This document shows positions 49,910-64,000 of a stretch of 64,000 bases of DNA, one piece after another. Within the stretch, counting starts at the first letter, position 1. Every line of letters begins with the position of its first letter. Made by a program: the position numbers and the translations under genes. Location of the stretch: positions 868,001 to 932,000 of the forward strand of contig NW_027139666.1 of assembly GCF_035084215.1 (NCBI RefSeq). The letters run 5' to 3'. The notes below the pieces were generated by a model. It did no database searches and was not told where the DNA came from. It saw only the letters and a list, made by a program, of their open reading frames with translations. Source of the stretch: Heptranchias perlo (taxonomy: Eukaryota).

Positions 49910-50758
49910 AACTCCACAATGAACTGAAAGAAAAACAACTGCTCTTTTAAGAGTTACCCACAACCTCTCTGAAAGAGCTGCATTTCCTATATAATTGCTT
50001 AGTATCTTTTTAATACCGCGATATTATTCCAATGCAAAACTGATACTGTAACTGCACCGTTGAAATTTCTGACCCATAATCTGATCGCGAGTGGCTGATC
50101 CGCTCCTTCCCATTCGCTTTGTTCTTAAAGCGTTACTGTTCCGCCCACGAACACGCCCTGAATGACCCCCGGAGCAATACCAATATCTCTATGAATTCAA
50201 TCTCAGAAATGTTTACTGTCTGAGATGAAAATCCCCATATTAAAAGCAACCCCACCCCTTGCAGTAACACAGCGGAATAGGGGCAGAATGAGAGCGCCGT
50301 CCGGGTTCCTCGTTTCATCGAAGCACTCCCGGCTCTGTGAGAAGGGACCAGTCTATAACGTGTCACTTTCATAAAGACTGAATTGAAACGTGTCCCTTCA
50401 CGGAATGCTGTGAATGGGGCTTTAGTCCCGTCCGGTACAGTTAGAAAGCGATAATAGATTGAGCCATAATTTAAAGCAGATTTTAAAACAGCGCCAGCGA
50501 TTGGTGACGGGTAGCGCTGAATAAGACAAGATAAAAAGAACGGGTTTAAAATCTTGTGCTCAGGGCGACATTGATCGAAATCCGGTCCTTTACGACACTG
50601 AAATTGGCGGGCTTTTTGAAATTCATAAAATTCCTGATCTGACTGTTGAAACCGTTCAATCCCGCCCTCTTCGAATTTCCAACTATCTGATTGGTTATTG
50701 AAATAGGCAAATGAGGTGTAATAATGCCCAACCAATCAGATGATCATTCAGTCAATAA

Positions 50759-51208
<450 letters not shown>

Positions 51209-51238
51209 ACCGGTCAAGATTTAATCTGATAACCCAAA

Positions 51239-51254
51239 GGCTCTTTTCAGAGCC
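51239..51254 (+). terminator. Histone 3' stem-loop of H2A copy 2
   Basis: GGCTCT-TTTC-AGAGCC-ACCCA, HDE GAAAGGGCTG. Confidence 0.96.
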
Positions 51255-54200
51255 ACCCACAGTATCGATGAAAGGGCTGAAGCGAGTCAGAGCTTAATTT
51301 AATAATAAATCGCTTAGTTAGAAACTAACGATATATTGTTAAATACAAATGATCTGTTCAATACTCGCTTCTGGACAGTAGATGTCGCCAACCTCCAATA
51401 GGTTGAAATTTACAGATTGTATAGGAAATGAGGCACAAAATAATCATTTCATTGAACTGGGAGGGTGGGATACAGAAATAACAGGTGAGTTTGATCATCG
51501 GCAACAAGAGGCACTCTATTGTGTTCCGGCCATTGTAAGTGTTATTTACAGTCTCATCCTCCCACAACACTGACTCGGTCTGACTTCCAATACCCAGATT
51601 TGTCCTCCAGAAGGTGACGGATGTGTTGATTATTGTGTCAGCGATTGCTAAATCAGTGAATGAAATTTGTCTGTTATTGGCTGAGTGAGGGATTTATTCT
51701 GTCCCTGTCAGTCTGTTCCTGTGTCAGTGACGAGTACCGCAGTGAATGTGACACTAAGTTTTACACTGCTTCTGAGTCTGGCGCTGAGAGAAAACACTTT
51801 GGTTCCATTAGTGCGAGTTACAGTGAAACAGCCTCTGTCACAATAACTGGAGAGTGAAAATAGACAAACTTTATTTGAACCGAGTCTGGTTCTTTAGAGA
51901 TTAAAATATTTCCAACAGAGCCAAGCTAACACTGTATCGGAAATGAAAACTTGCATCTCTTGTACTTTGCACGAGTGCCCGATCCTCTCCCTGCATAGAT
52001 GTCCGAGTTACATTGACACTGGGGGTGTAGATGCCTCAGGTGAAAGTGTAGGATCGGAATCAGACCACTCTGTACCTGTGTGCCAGTAATTTCCCTGTCC
52101 AAATGTGGCACTGGATGTGATGATGGGTTAACAGACCATTAAACTGATCACTTACGTATTTTCTACCTCACCTGTTCTTGAGTGACAAGAGATACGTTTC
52201 TATCTACAGGCAAACCCGAAAGGAGCCAGAATGAATGTGACGTTTCCTCCACCAGAGGCAAAGGAACAGTGCAGCCAGCGCCTTCTCACACACAGTCGGT
52301 ATATTATCACTCTCAGAGCAAAGAGACACAGACAGGTCATCAGTTCCACAGTCTCAGACAGCAGAAGTAGTCAGTCCCACACTGATCCCAAGTTCCAGAG
52401 ACACATTTTCAATCCAACAGTAAAGCAGAGCAGGTGAGGCAGACACTGTTCCATTTCTCCCGAACACAGTCCCGCTGACAGCTCGGTACAAAAATCCCAG
52501 TCCAAAGCCTCGCTTTCAGATTGTCAATTTCACAAAAGAGCAATATTAGCGGTGAATTAAATACCAGATACCCCGAGATTCAAATTGAATACGAGCCCAG
52601 AACTCTCACACACACGTGAGTTCAATACATGCAGTATTCATTCGAATAGTGCATCATTCGGATACAAATTGACAGTCCAAAACTCATGTACAATATCAGA
52701 TTGAGAAATGCTGTGACAGTATAACATGAGAAACACATTAGATACCAGTTTATAATATACTCGTATTAAGAGATTTAAAGACGCAGTATCACAGACTGAG
52801 ATACACATTACACACAAGTCCAAAAATCTTACAAAATTAAAATTAAAGATGCAGTATCAATTCATTTCGTGCAGACTGATCTGCACATTATATACCAACT
52901 CAAAAATGTCACCATATCAGTTTGAAAGTTATATTATCATTCACAATATTACTCACAGAGATACAGATTTAATAGTAGTCCAAAAAGCACACACATGATC
53001 TGATTAAAACCTCCAGCATCAAATCCTAAAGTGTACCCATATTTACCAATTAAATAATGAGAAAAACTATTTAAACATTAAGATATTAAAGCTACAATAT
53101 TGAACACCATAATGTAATCTGAGAGAATAATTATAGACACAGAATGAATCTCACACTCAGATACAGTACAGAGACTGACATGCAGAAGGAATCCCAAACT
53201 CACATACAGTACTTGAGGTTGCCAGACACAGAGTGAATCCCACACTCACACACAGTACCAGAGACTGACAGATACAGAATGAATCCCTCACTCACACACA
53301 GTACCAGAGACTGACAGATACAGAATGAATCCCACACTCACACACAGTACCAGAGACTGACAGATACAGAATGAATCCCACACTCACACACAGTACCAGA
53401 GACTGACAGATACAGATTGAATGCCACACTAACATACATTATGAGAAACTGCACATGTGGAAATAATTCAACACCCACACACAGTACTAGAGAATGTATA
53501 TACAGGATGAATCCCACAGAGAAAGAGAGTAGCAGACACTGACAGATACAAAGTGAATCTCACAGTCACCTACATTAGTGCAGGCTGAGTTACACATTAC
53601 ATACCAGAATCTGACAGTCGCAGACTGAAAGATACAGTATCAATTCCATCAATTCTGGCTTAGTTACACATTACGTACCAGTCCAAAATCTCATAGTGTC
53701 AGTTTGAAAGATACAGTATCAATTCCATTAGTGCAGACTGAGCTCCCCATTATATACAAGTTCAACAATGTCACCATATCAGTTGGAAGATCCACAAATT
53801 CACAATTTTGTTCCCATCGATATAGATTTAATAGTAGTCCAAAAATAGATACCCACATTATCTTATTACATTTTAAAATATATCATTATCTACCAATTAA
53901 AGACTGGGAAAAAATATTCAAACATTAAGGTATTAAAGATACAGATTTGAACGCCATACTGTAAACGAAGATACAAATTAGATACAGATAAAGAATGAAT
54001 CTCTCACTCCAATAGAGTGCCAGAGACTGACATATAGAATGAATCCCAAACTCATACAATGTGCCAGAGACTGACAGATAAAGAATGAATCCTACACTCA
54101 CACTCTGTAGCACAGACTGACAGATACAGAATTTATATCACTCACATACAGCATCAGAAATTGATAGATAAAGAATGAATGTCTCACTCACATACAGCAC

Positions 54201-57200
54201 GAGAGACTGACAGGAACAGAACGAATCTCAACACACTCAATATCAGAGACTGACAGATATGGAATGAATCCCAAACTCACACACAGTACCAGAGACTGAC
54301 AGATACAGAATGAATATCACACTCACATAGAGTATCAGGAACTGACAGATACAGAATGAATCTCACAGTCACACTACTGCAGACTGAGTTACATTTTACA
54401 TGCCAGTTCAAAGATATCATGGTGTCAGATTGAAAGATACAGTATAAATTCCATTAGTGCAGACTGAGCTACATATTAGATAACTTAGTAAATACTCATA
54501 GAGTATTATACTGAATTAAGCAGTATCAATACCATTGGTACAGACTGAGCGACACATTAAATACGAGTCCAAAAACATCATTAATGATCAGACTGAAAGA
54601 TACAATTTCAATTCAATTAGCAATGCCTGACCTGTACATTACATACCAGACTGAAAATCACATACAATATTAAACTGAAAGATACAGTATCAATTCCATT
54701 AGTGAATACTGAGCAACACATTATATAGCAGTCCAAGAATCCCATACCTTATCAGACTCAAGGATATAATATCAATTCCAGAGCACGTACTGAGCCACAT
54801 GTTACTCACCAGTCCAACAATCACATAGAGTATCAGATTGAAAGATTCAGTATCACTGCCATTATTGAAGACTGAGCTACACATCACATTCCAGTCCAAA
54901 AAGCTCATATAGTATCAGACTGATAGAGACAGTATCAATTCCTTTACTGCAGGCTGAGCTACATATTACACACCAGTCCAAAGATCTAATACAATATTAG
55001 ATTGAGATACAGAATTAATCCCATTATTGCAGACTGAGCTACACATTACATGCCAATCCAATAATTTCATTGTGAACAGATTGAAAGGTATATTATCGTT
55101 CACAATATAATTCAGAGATTAAGATGTAATACCACTCCAAAACTCTCACACGTTGTTTGATTAAAGAAAATCCGAAAGTAATCCATATTTACAAATTAAA
55201 CACTCGACGAAGAAATGTATGTAATTTAAAGTATTAAAGATACAGTTTCCAATACGATACTGTAAATTGAAATAATAATACAGAATGAATCCAGACTTGT
55301 ACATTGCCTCAGAGACTGAATTACAGAATGAATCCCACACTGAGATAATGTAGCAGAGAATGGCAGAGACAGAATGAATTCCCACACCCGCATATAGTAC
55401 CAGAGACTGATAGATACAGAATGAATTCCACACTCACACACAGTACCAGAGACTGACAGATACAGAATGAATCCCACACTCACACACAGTACCAGAGACC
55501 TGCAGATACAGAATGAATCCCACACTCACACACAGTACCAGAGACTGACAGATGCAGATTGAATCCCACACTCACACACAGTACCAGAGACTGACAGATG
55601 CAGATTGAATCCCACACTCACAGACTGTACTGGAGACTACAAATATAGAATGAATGTCACAGTCACATTACTGCAGACTGAGTGAAACTTTACAGACCAG
55701 TCCAAAGATCTCAGAGTGGCAGATTGAAAGATACAGTTTAAATACTATTGCTGCAGACTGAGCTACATATTAGATATATTGGTAAATACTCGTGTTATAC
55801 TGAAATAAGCATTGTCAATAACATTGGTACAGACTGAGCTATACATTACATATGAGTCCAAAAATCACAAACAATCAGACTGGAAGTTATAATTTAAATT
55901 CTATTAGCACCGCCTGAGCTCAACATTATATATCAGTCCAACAATCTCAATATATATTAGACTGAAAGATACAGAATTGATTCAATTAGTTCAGACTGAG
56001 CCACACATTATATAGCAGTCCAAGAATCTCATACCTTATCAGACTCAAAGATACAATATCAATTCCATTAGCACAGACTGATCTGTATGTTACTCACCAG
56101 TCCAAAAATCTCATACAGTATCACATTGAAAGATTCAGTATCAATTCCATTCGTTCAGACTGAGCTATACATTGCATTCCAGTCCATCAATTTTATACAG
56201 TGTCAGACTGATAGATACATTATCAATTCCAGCATAAGCTACACATTACATACCAGTCCAAAAATCTCATACAGTGTTAGGCTCAGATGCAAAATTAATT
56301 CCATTACTGCAGACTGAGCTACACATTACATACCAATCCAATAATTTCACTGAGAACAGATTGAAAGGTATATTATCGTTCACAATAGAGTTCAGAGATT
56401 AAGATGTAACACTACTCCAAAACTCAATCACGTCTGTTGAGTAAAGAAAATCGAAAATGTATCCATATTAACAAATTAAATACTCGATGAAGAACTGTAA
56501 ATACTTTAAAGTGTTAAAGATAGTTTCAAATACGATACTCTGAACTGAAATAAGAATACAGAATGAATCCAGACTTGCACATTGTCACAGAGATTGAATT
56601 ACAGAATGAATCCCACACTGAGATAAAGTAGCAGAGAATGGCAGATACAGAATCTATCCCACTCTCACATACAGTGCCAGAGAATGACAGCTACAGAATG
56701 AATGCATCACTTATATATAGTATCTGAGACTGACAGATGCAGAATATACCCCATGCTCACACACCGTACCAGAGACTGACAGATAAAGAATAAACCCCAT
56801 TCTCGTACACAGTACCAGACATACAGATACAGAATAAATCTCAGTCTCATGTACAGTACCACAGACTGACCCCTGCTGGCGGCAAGCGACAATTGTAATG
56901 AGGGAACAAATTCACATTATCTGTAATGGTTACAGAAACAGGACAATGTGCAATGTGAGGGAAGTTTCTGTCTGTAACTTTTACTCTCGTATTTTTGCAC
57001 TTTTTGACGGTGAAAAATGAAGACAAATGATTCATAATCAAGTTTTTGTTTCACTCATTCGATAGTTGTGAATTTGCCCCATTATATTTCTCTGTATATT
57101 GCGCAGTATTTCTCTTTGATTTCTCAGGATGATTTACATTACTCCTCTACCCCATTTAAACTCTTATTTTCCAAGCAGTATGTGGCCTCCTTATTCCCCG

Positions 57201-60200
57201 TAGCGAAATGCACCACCTCACACCTTTCTATATTGAAATTCAATGGCCATTTCCACGGCCGTTCTGCAAGTTTATTTTGTCCCAGTCTTCCTCAGTATGG
57301 ACAATACCCCGTAAATTGTTGACACGAATTTAACACAGCATTACACGTAGTGTTTGGTCTAACAAAATGTACTTGCAACTCGTCTCCATTCCCAGTTCCT
57401 CCAAATCCAACTCGTGCAATATAATGTGAAGAATGAGTTTATCTTCTGCCCCTCTCTCATCTGCAAACTTCAATGACCCGGGGTTTGGGGACATCGACTG
57501 GCCGGAAGCAGAACTGCAACAGTTCGGAACAAATCGCTGAAAACGGACAATGTGCAGTGTGAGCGTGTTTGTGATTGGTGGCAGGTATTAAATCTGACTT
57601 TGAAAACCTGACCATCAACCTTTAGTGTTTGTTATTGAACAGTAAATAGAGCCGGACAGTAAGGATGTGGGGATTTATACAAAGAGCATCTATTGAAGGC
57701 ATCAGGTGAGAAGTTTGAAGGACACATTTTAAATAGTGGCTGTTTTGTTTCGGTTGAATGGTTCGTCCCATGGGAGAGGGGATTAGAAATCTGATATGTG
57801 CAAAGGTCTCCGCCCCATCGGGTAGACCCATTCATGGATCAGTGCAGGGGTTGGGTTGTGTCTGGATGTCACTAAATTGTTGTAAAACAGCCCAACACAC
57901 CTGGTGTGCAGAAGCTGAGTGCTGCAGTACTGCAGTGGAGTCAGACACTGAGACTGTTTGTATCGCTGATTTTCATTTGTGGTTATTACAATGATTATTA
58001 ACAGAGAGATTCAAATGTTCACTTTTGTATTTTCTGCTTCACCTGTTGATAAGTTACAACAGATACTTTTTCTTCCTACAGTCAAATTCTTGAAGAACCC
58101 AGAATCAATGTGATGTTTACTCCACCTGAGGCACATGGAGCAGTCAGTGCAACCAGCTGCTTCTCACACACAATGAGATTTAATGTTAATGTACCTACAT
58201 TAACACTCACAGAGCACAGAGACACAGACAGGTCACCAGTCCCACAATCTCAGACAGCAGAAATAGCCAGTCCCCTACTGATCCCAATCCAACAGTCAAA
58301 CAGAGCAGGAGGGACAGACGGAATTTCCATTTCACAATGACTCAGTACCGCTGACCGGCAGATAAATAATTCTCAGTCCAAAATCACACCCAATATCAGA
58401 TTGAAAGGCACTGTGTCAATCTGATGTTATTTCAGCCTTCGCTACGAATTAAATCCCAGATAGAACTGAAGCATGGTCCTGATTGATAGGTACAGAATCA
58501 ATCACAATAGTGTACCCCGAGATTCAAATTAAATACCAGCCCACAACGCTCACACATTATGAGCTTAAAGATGCAGTATTCATGTCAATATTGTACAATG
58601 AGATACAAATTAGATACCAGTTCGGATGTTACCCATATTTGACTCACATATATGTCCAAAAACCTCATAGTGTCAGAATGAAATGTACAGTTTCAATTCC
58701 TTTACTGCAGACTGAGGTACACATTAGATACAAGTCCAACATTCTCATACAGTATGAGACTGAAAGATACAGTATCAATTCCATTAGTGCAGACTGAAGT
58801 ACACATTAGTTACCTGTCCAAAAATCACACTGTATCAACCTGAAAGGCAGAGTATCAATTATTTTACTGCAGGCAGAGGTTCACATTTGATACCTGTCCA
58901 AAAATCACGTACAGTGTCATACTGAAATATGTCGTATCGATTTGATTAGTTCAGACTGATCTACACGTTACATGCAAGTACAAAAATCTCACACAGTATC
59001 AGACTGGAAGATACAGTATCAAACCCATTAGTGCAGACTGAGTTATACATTAGATACCAGTCCAAAAGTCACATCCAGTGTCAAACTGAAAGATACAGTA
59101 TGAATCCTATTAGTGTGGACTAAGCTACACGTTACAAACCAGTCCAAAAAATCTCTCGCAGTGTCTGACTGAAAGTTAGAGTGTCAATTCCATTAGTACA
59201 GACAGAACCACAGATTACATACAGGTCTAAAAATCTCATACAGTGTCAGACTGAAAGATACAATAGCAATTCCATCAGCCCAGACTGAGCTACGCAATAA
59301 ATACGAGTCCAATAATTTCACAGTAGAAGATTGAAATGTACATTATCTTCAGAGATTAAGATGTAATCCTACAACAAAACTCACACACGTTGTTAGATTG
59401 AAACAAAATCCCAAAGTGTATCCATAATTACAAATTAATGCTCGACGAAAGATTTGCATATATTAATGAATTAAAGATACAGTTTCAAGCACTATACTGT
59501 AATCTGAAATAGGAATACAGAACAAAATAAGATTACAGAACTTGCACTTTGCCCAGAGACTGAGTTACAGAATTAATCCCACGCTGAGGTAAAATACCAG
59601 AGACTGACAGATACAGAATGAATCTCACACTCACATACAGTACCAGAGACTGACAGATACAGAATGAATCCCACACTCACACACAGTACCAGAGACTGAC
59701 AGATACAGTATGAATCCCACACTCACAGATAGTGCCAGAGATTGACAGATACAGAATGAATCCCACATTCACAGACTGCACTGGAGACTGACGGATACAG
59801 AATGAATATTACATTCACATACAGTACCAGGTGACTGACAGAAACAGAATGAATATCACCCTCACATGCTGACTGAAAGACATAGAATTAATCCCATAGA
59901 CTCATACAGTGTGAGATCTACTGGCCATAAGTGAGAACTGTAACAGAGTGGAACAAATTCACATTATCGTCATTGTTCCAGATTCAGGACAATGTGCAAT
60001 GTGAGGAAATAGTTTCTCCCTGTAACTTCTACTCTCGTATTTTTTCATATTTTGTCAGTAAAAAGTTAGACAATTGATTCATAATAAAGTTTTTGTTTTG
60101 CTCATTCGAAAATTGCCCCATTATATTAATTCAAATAAACCGAACTGAAACACAAATACAAACTGAGCACAAATCTGGACGTTTCAATGGCGACCGTCAA

Positions 60201-60829
60201 AAGTGAAAGGGATAAAATATAGAAAAAATTAAAACCGAAAATGCTGGAAAGACCCAGCAGGTCCGGCAGCATCTGTGGAGAAGGGAAGCTCGGGTTAACG
60301 GTTCAGGTCAATGACCCTTCTACAGAACAGAAAGGTTAATCCGACATAATTTAAATAAGGAACGGGAATCAGCAGAGGGAAAAACTTCAGAAAATCAATT
60401 AATTTCAATGAATCCGGGCAATTGTGTCGTGTATCCACCTTACAGATCAGGGGAAATGATAATACAAAGGAACAGAGTTAAATTCAACGTTATGGCCGAA
60501 GAAATGAATTTTAAAAGTATTTTTTATATAAATTAGACCCGTTTGGAAATATTATCGCTCTGAACATCATCAAATTCGGTTCCAGTCTTGGTGTTTCTGA
60601 ATTCAGGGTGCTGGGATTCAAACCTGTTGGAATTAACTGTTTGGAAGGCAGCTATACTCACCATTATAGTGCCTTATTTCACTCGGAGGGAGAAATGGAG
60701 TGTTTCTGTCGAATTTCGGACTGAATTGCTCCCTTTGGGTTTCTGGTACTTTAATCACAGACAATAAATAGTTCCCAAACATCAGCCCCTGAACAGACAA
60801 AACAAGCTGGTGGAATTTCTCATTCATAG

Positions 60830-61830
60830 ATATTAAATAAGGGGATGGCAAAAGCAAATAGGAAGAGGTTAGGAAGAAGTCACAAAAACAATTAGCGAAG
60901 CAAACAGGAATCACGAAATCAAATTATCAAGGAATATAAAAAGTAAAAGTAAATTATTCGATAGACACAAAAATAACAAAAGGAAAATCAGAATATCTTG
61001 AGGGCCACTGAGGGATTCACAAGATAAACTCACAGGTAACGTCAGCGAAATGGCAGAAATATTGAATTATTACTTTCCCTCAGTATTTACCCGGGAGATT
61101 AACAGGGTGAACATGATATTAGAGAAAGAGGTCAATAAAGATATCAAGGCATTTAAGTTAGAAAGGGTGGTAGAACTCCTGGTCCAGATGGATTGTATCC
61201 GCACATATTAAATGAAACAAGGGAAGAGATAGCAGAGGCACTGTTACATATATCGGAAAAATCATTACAGAAAGAAATAGTGCCAGAGGACTGGATGACA
61301 GTTAATGTGATTCTAATATTTTAAGACAGGAGGTAGATCAAATCCAGGCAACGAAAGACCAGTTAACTAAAGGTCGGTGGTAGGAATGATCATGTAATCT
61401 TTTACTCACTGATGCAATAGAAAAACATCGAGAAACCAAAAATATCACAAAGAAGAGTCAGCACGGATTTCAGAAAGGGAAGGTTTAATCGTTTGGCAGA
61501 AGGTTTGACAGTTTAAATTACAGTACAACATAACTTACCTACTTTTCAATTCTATTCCTCTCGAATGTGCTGTGTTTGCTTTCTATGGCCTTATCAACCT
61601 GTGTTGCTACTTTTAATGATTTGTCAATCTGTACCCCTAAATCCCGTTGCTCTTCCACCCCATTTAGACTTTTATTTTCCAAGCAGTATGTGGCCTCCTT
61701 ATTCCCCCGAGCAAAACGCACCACCTCACACCTTTAAATATGGAAATTCAATGCCCATTGACACGGCATTTCAGCAAGCTTATTAAACTCTTTTTTAATG
61801 TTTTGTATTTTTCCTCAGTATAAGCTGCAC
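60830..61830. mobile_element. Pair of CR1 fragments, inverted paralogue of 9700-10720
   Basis: EMAEILNYYFPSVF and SQHGFQKG on plus; VEEQRDLGVQIDKSLKVATQVD on minus. Confidence 0.8.
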
Positions 61831-62282
61831 CCCCGAAATTAATTACAAACATTTAATACAGCATTACAACTACTGCTTTGTCCAATAAAATGATTTCCAT
61901 TCCCAGTTTTTCTAAATCCCACCCGTGCAATATAATGTGAAGAATGAGTTTATCTTCTGTCCCTCTCTCATCTGCAAACTTCATTGACCCGGGGTTTGGG
62001 GACATCTACTGGCCGGAAGCAGAACTGCAACAGTTCGGAACAAATTGCTGAAACTGGACAATGTGCAGTGTGAGCGTGTTTGTGATTGGTGGCAAGTATT
62101 AAATCTGATTGGTTTCTTCAGTTATCCAATCATATCGATAAAGGCAAAATATTGTGATATCAGTCCCAATCAGAATCATTGCCTTCCCTCATCCCTCATT
62201 AGCATAGGGCTGTGGGGCTGCCTATTTAATCCGAGCTCGGAGACGATTTGGTTCATTTCTGAGTCTGAAATTGATTTTCAAA

Positions 62283-62657
62283 ATGCCTGAGGACAAGAAA
62301 GCAGCTCCCAAGAAGGGCGCCAAGAAAACCTTGAGTAAAGCACCAGCCAAGGGCGGCAAGAAGCGGAGAAAGGCGAGGAAGGAGAGTTACTCCATCTACG
62401 TCTACAAAGTGATGAAGCAGGTTCACCCCGACACCGGCATCTCCTCCAAGGCCATGAGCATCATGAACTCCTTTGTGAACGATATTTTCGAGCGCATCGC
62501 GGGTGAGGCTTCCCGCCTGGCCCATTATAATAAACGCCGCACCATCAGCTCTCGGGAGATCCAGACCGCCGTGCGCCTGCTGCTGCCCGGGGAACTGGCC
62601 AAGCACGCCGTGTCGGAAGGGACAAAGGCGGTGACCAAATACACCAGCTCCAAGTAA
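62283..62657 (+). CDS. H2B: Histone H2B copy 3, 124 aa
   Basis: [15 protein letters not shown]...KYTSSK; ATG at 62283; octamer-like and TATA elements intact. Confidence 0.98.
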   Translation: MPEDKKAAPKKGAKKTLSKAPAKGGKKRRKARKESYSIYVYKVMKQVHPDTGISSKAMSIMNSFVNDIFERIAGEASRLAHYNKRRTISSREIQTAVRLLLPGELAKHAVSEGTKAVTKYTSSK

Positions 62658-62691
62658 AACTCCACAATGGACTGAAAAAAATAAACACAAA

Positions 62692-62707
62692 GGCTCTTTT
62701 AAGAGCC
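62692..62707 (+). terminator. Histone 3' stem-loop of H2B copy 3
   Basis: GGCTCT-TTTA-AGAGCC-ACCCA. Confidence 0.95.
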
Positions 62708-63451
62708 ACCCACAGTCTCTCTGAAGACGCTGTACCGACACCTCTGTATGGAATCATTTTACGGTAGATAGTTTGACACTAACTGTCTCTTTATAACTTG
62801 TCCTTTTGTGATTTCTCTTGATATCGGGTAGATTCTCATAATAACTGCCGGGTATAATCTGTGTGGAGATGTTCAATTTACAGCCAATAAACAAAAACGT
62901 GTCCCTGAACCTCTCATTTCAGTTCATTTTCCGCCCCTTCCCCCGCTTCTGCCCCTTCAGAGCTGTTTTAAGGCGGTGGATTCGAGTTCGGTCATTTCAT
63001 TCTCCTTCTCACGTATATTTGTTAATTATTCGGGACAAAACGAGGCTTTATTCCAGCCCGATTGAAAGTGAACGGAGAATGAAGCGGTTTGCAACAGATT
63101 CTGGAAGTTGTGACGAGAAATGTGGAATAACAGAGTAAAAGATGAGATGTTTAAATATTTGTTTTTACGCGACATTATTTACTAAATCCGCTTCTTGTGT
63201 TACAAATATATTGGCGGGCTTTTCACATTTCAAAAAAAGGTTCTGGCCGGTATTTTCCGCCCTTTTCTCATTGCCGGCTATTGAGTGGTGAATAAAACAA
63301 GCCTCTGATTGGTTTAACGAACAGCTCAATGTGGTTGAGAACACATGGACCAATCACAAGTGCCCCCACTGCACTCCTCCAGAAGGTTTTCGAAGGGCGA
63401 GTGCGGGAGGATTTCTTCATTCTTTGTGAAAGTGTTTGTGAGATTGTGGAA

Positions 63452-63840
<389 letters not shown>

Positions 63841-63870
63841 AGCGGACACGATTTGATCTGATAACCCAAA

Positions 63871-63886
63871 GGCTCTTTTCAGAGCC
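63871..63886 (+). terminator. Intact histone stem-loop behind the H2A pseudogene
   Basis: GGCTCT-TTTC-AGAGCC-ACCCA, HDE GAAAGGGCTG. Confidence 0.94.
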
Positions 63887-64000
63887 ACCCACTGTATCGG
63901 TGAAAGGGCTGGTTACTGTCGAAGCGAGTCATGAATCAATTTAATAGGGACTTGATTCCGATCCGAGAAACTAACAATAACTTGTTCAATACAAATGATC

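Noticed and set aside
52117-52151. GTGATGA...CTGA resembling C/D boxes
   Set aside because: Only ~30 nt apart, too short for a snoRNA, and single copy.
62679-62685. AATAAA in the H2B copy 3 3'UTR as a polyA signal
   Set aside because: It lies in an A-run upstream of an intact stem-loop and is not conserved in copy 1 (AATGAA).

Overview
Vertebrate (non-bacterial) genomic DNA, most likely a cartilaginous fish (inferred from the H1/H2B tails, CR1 families with ATTCTATG/TTCTTATG tails and the effector-less C2H2 gene style). The window is a replication-dependent histone locus. It holds one complete quintet (H1>H4>H3> <H2A<H2B, 3.7-9.3 kb, all with 3' stem-loop and purine-rich HDE) inside a ~19.2 kb repeat unit (base 1 corresponds to ~19215). 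A second, H1-deleted unit stops at ~23.6 kb. A ~19.5 kb non-duplicated island follows, with a CpG island, a 12-finger C2H2 gene, a full-length nested CR1, a Gly-type tRNA carrying a TCT anticodon and an H2A pseudogene sandwiched in CR1 sequence. From ~43.1 kb to the end, inverted copies of the unit carry two more H2B>H2A pairs: one H2B has a damaged stem-loop and one H2A is a pseudogene. The repeat unit also carries an NRF1-promoter, apparently spliced non-coding module with a near-invariant palindromic intronic element, about 13 CTCF-like sites with upstream motif, CDE/CHR-like elements in histone promoters, and 46-, 39- and ~82-bp satellites. All alignments were done by eye, so repeat boundaries are approximate (tens of bp).
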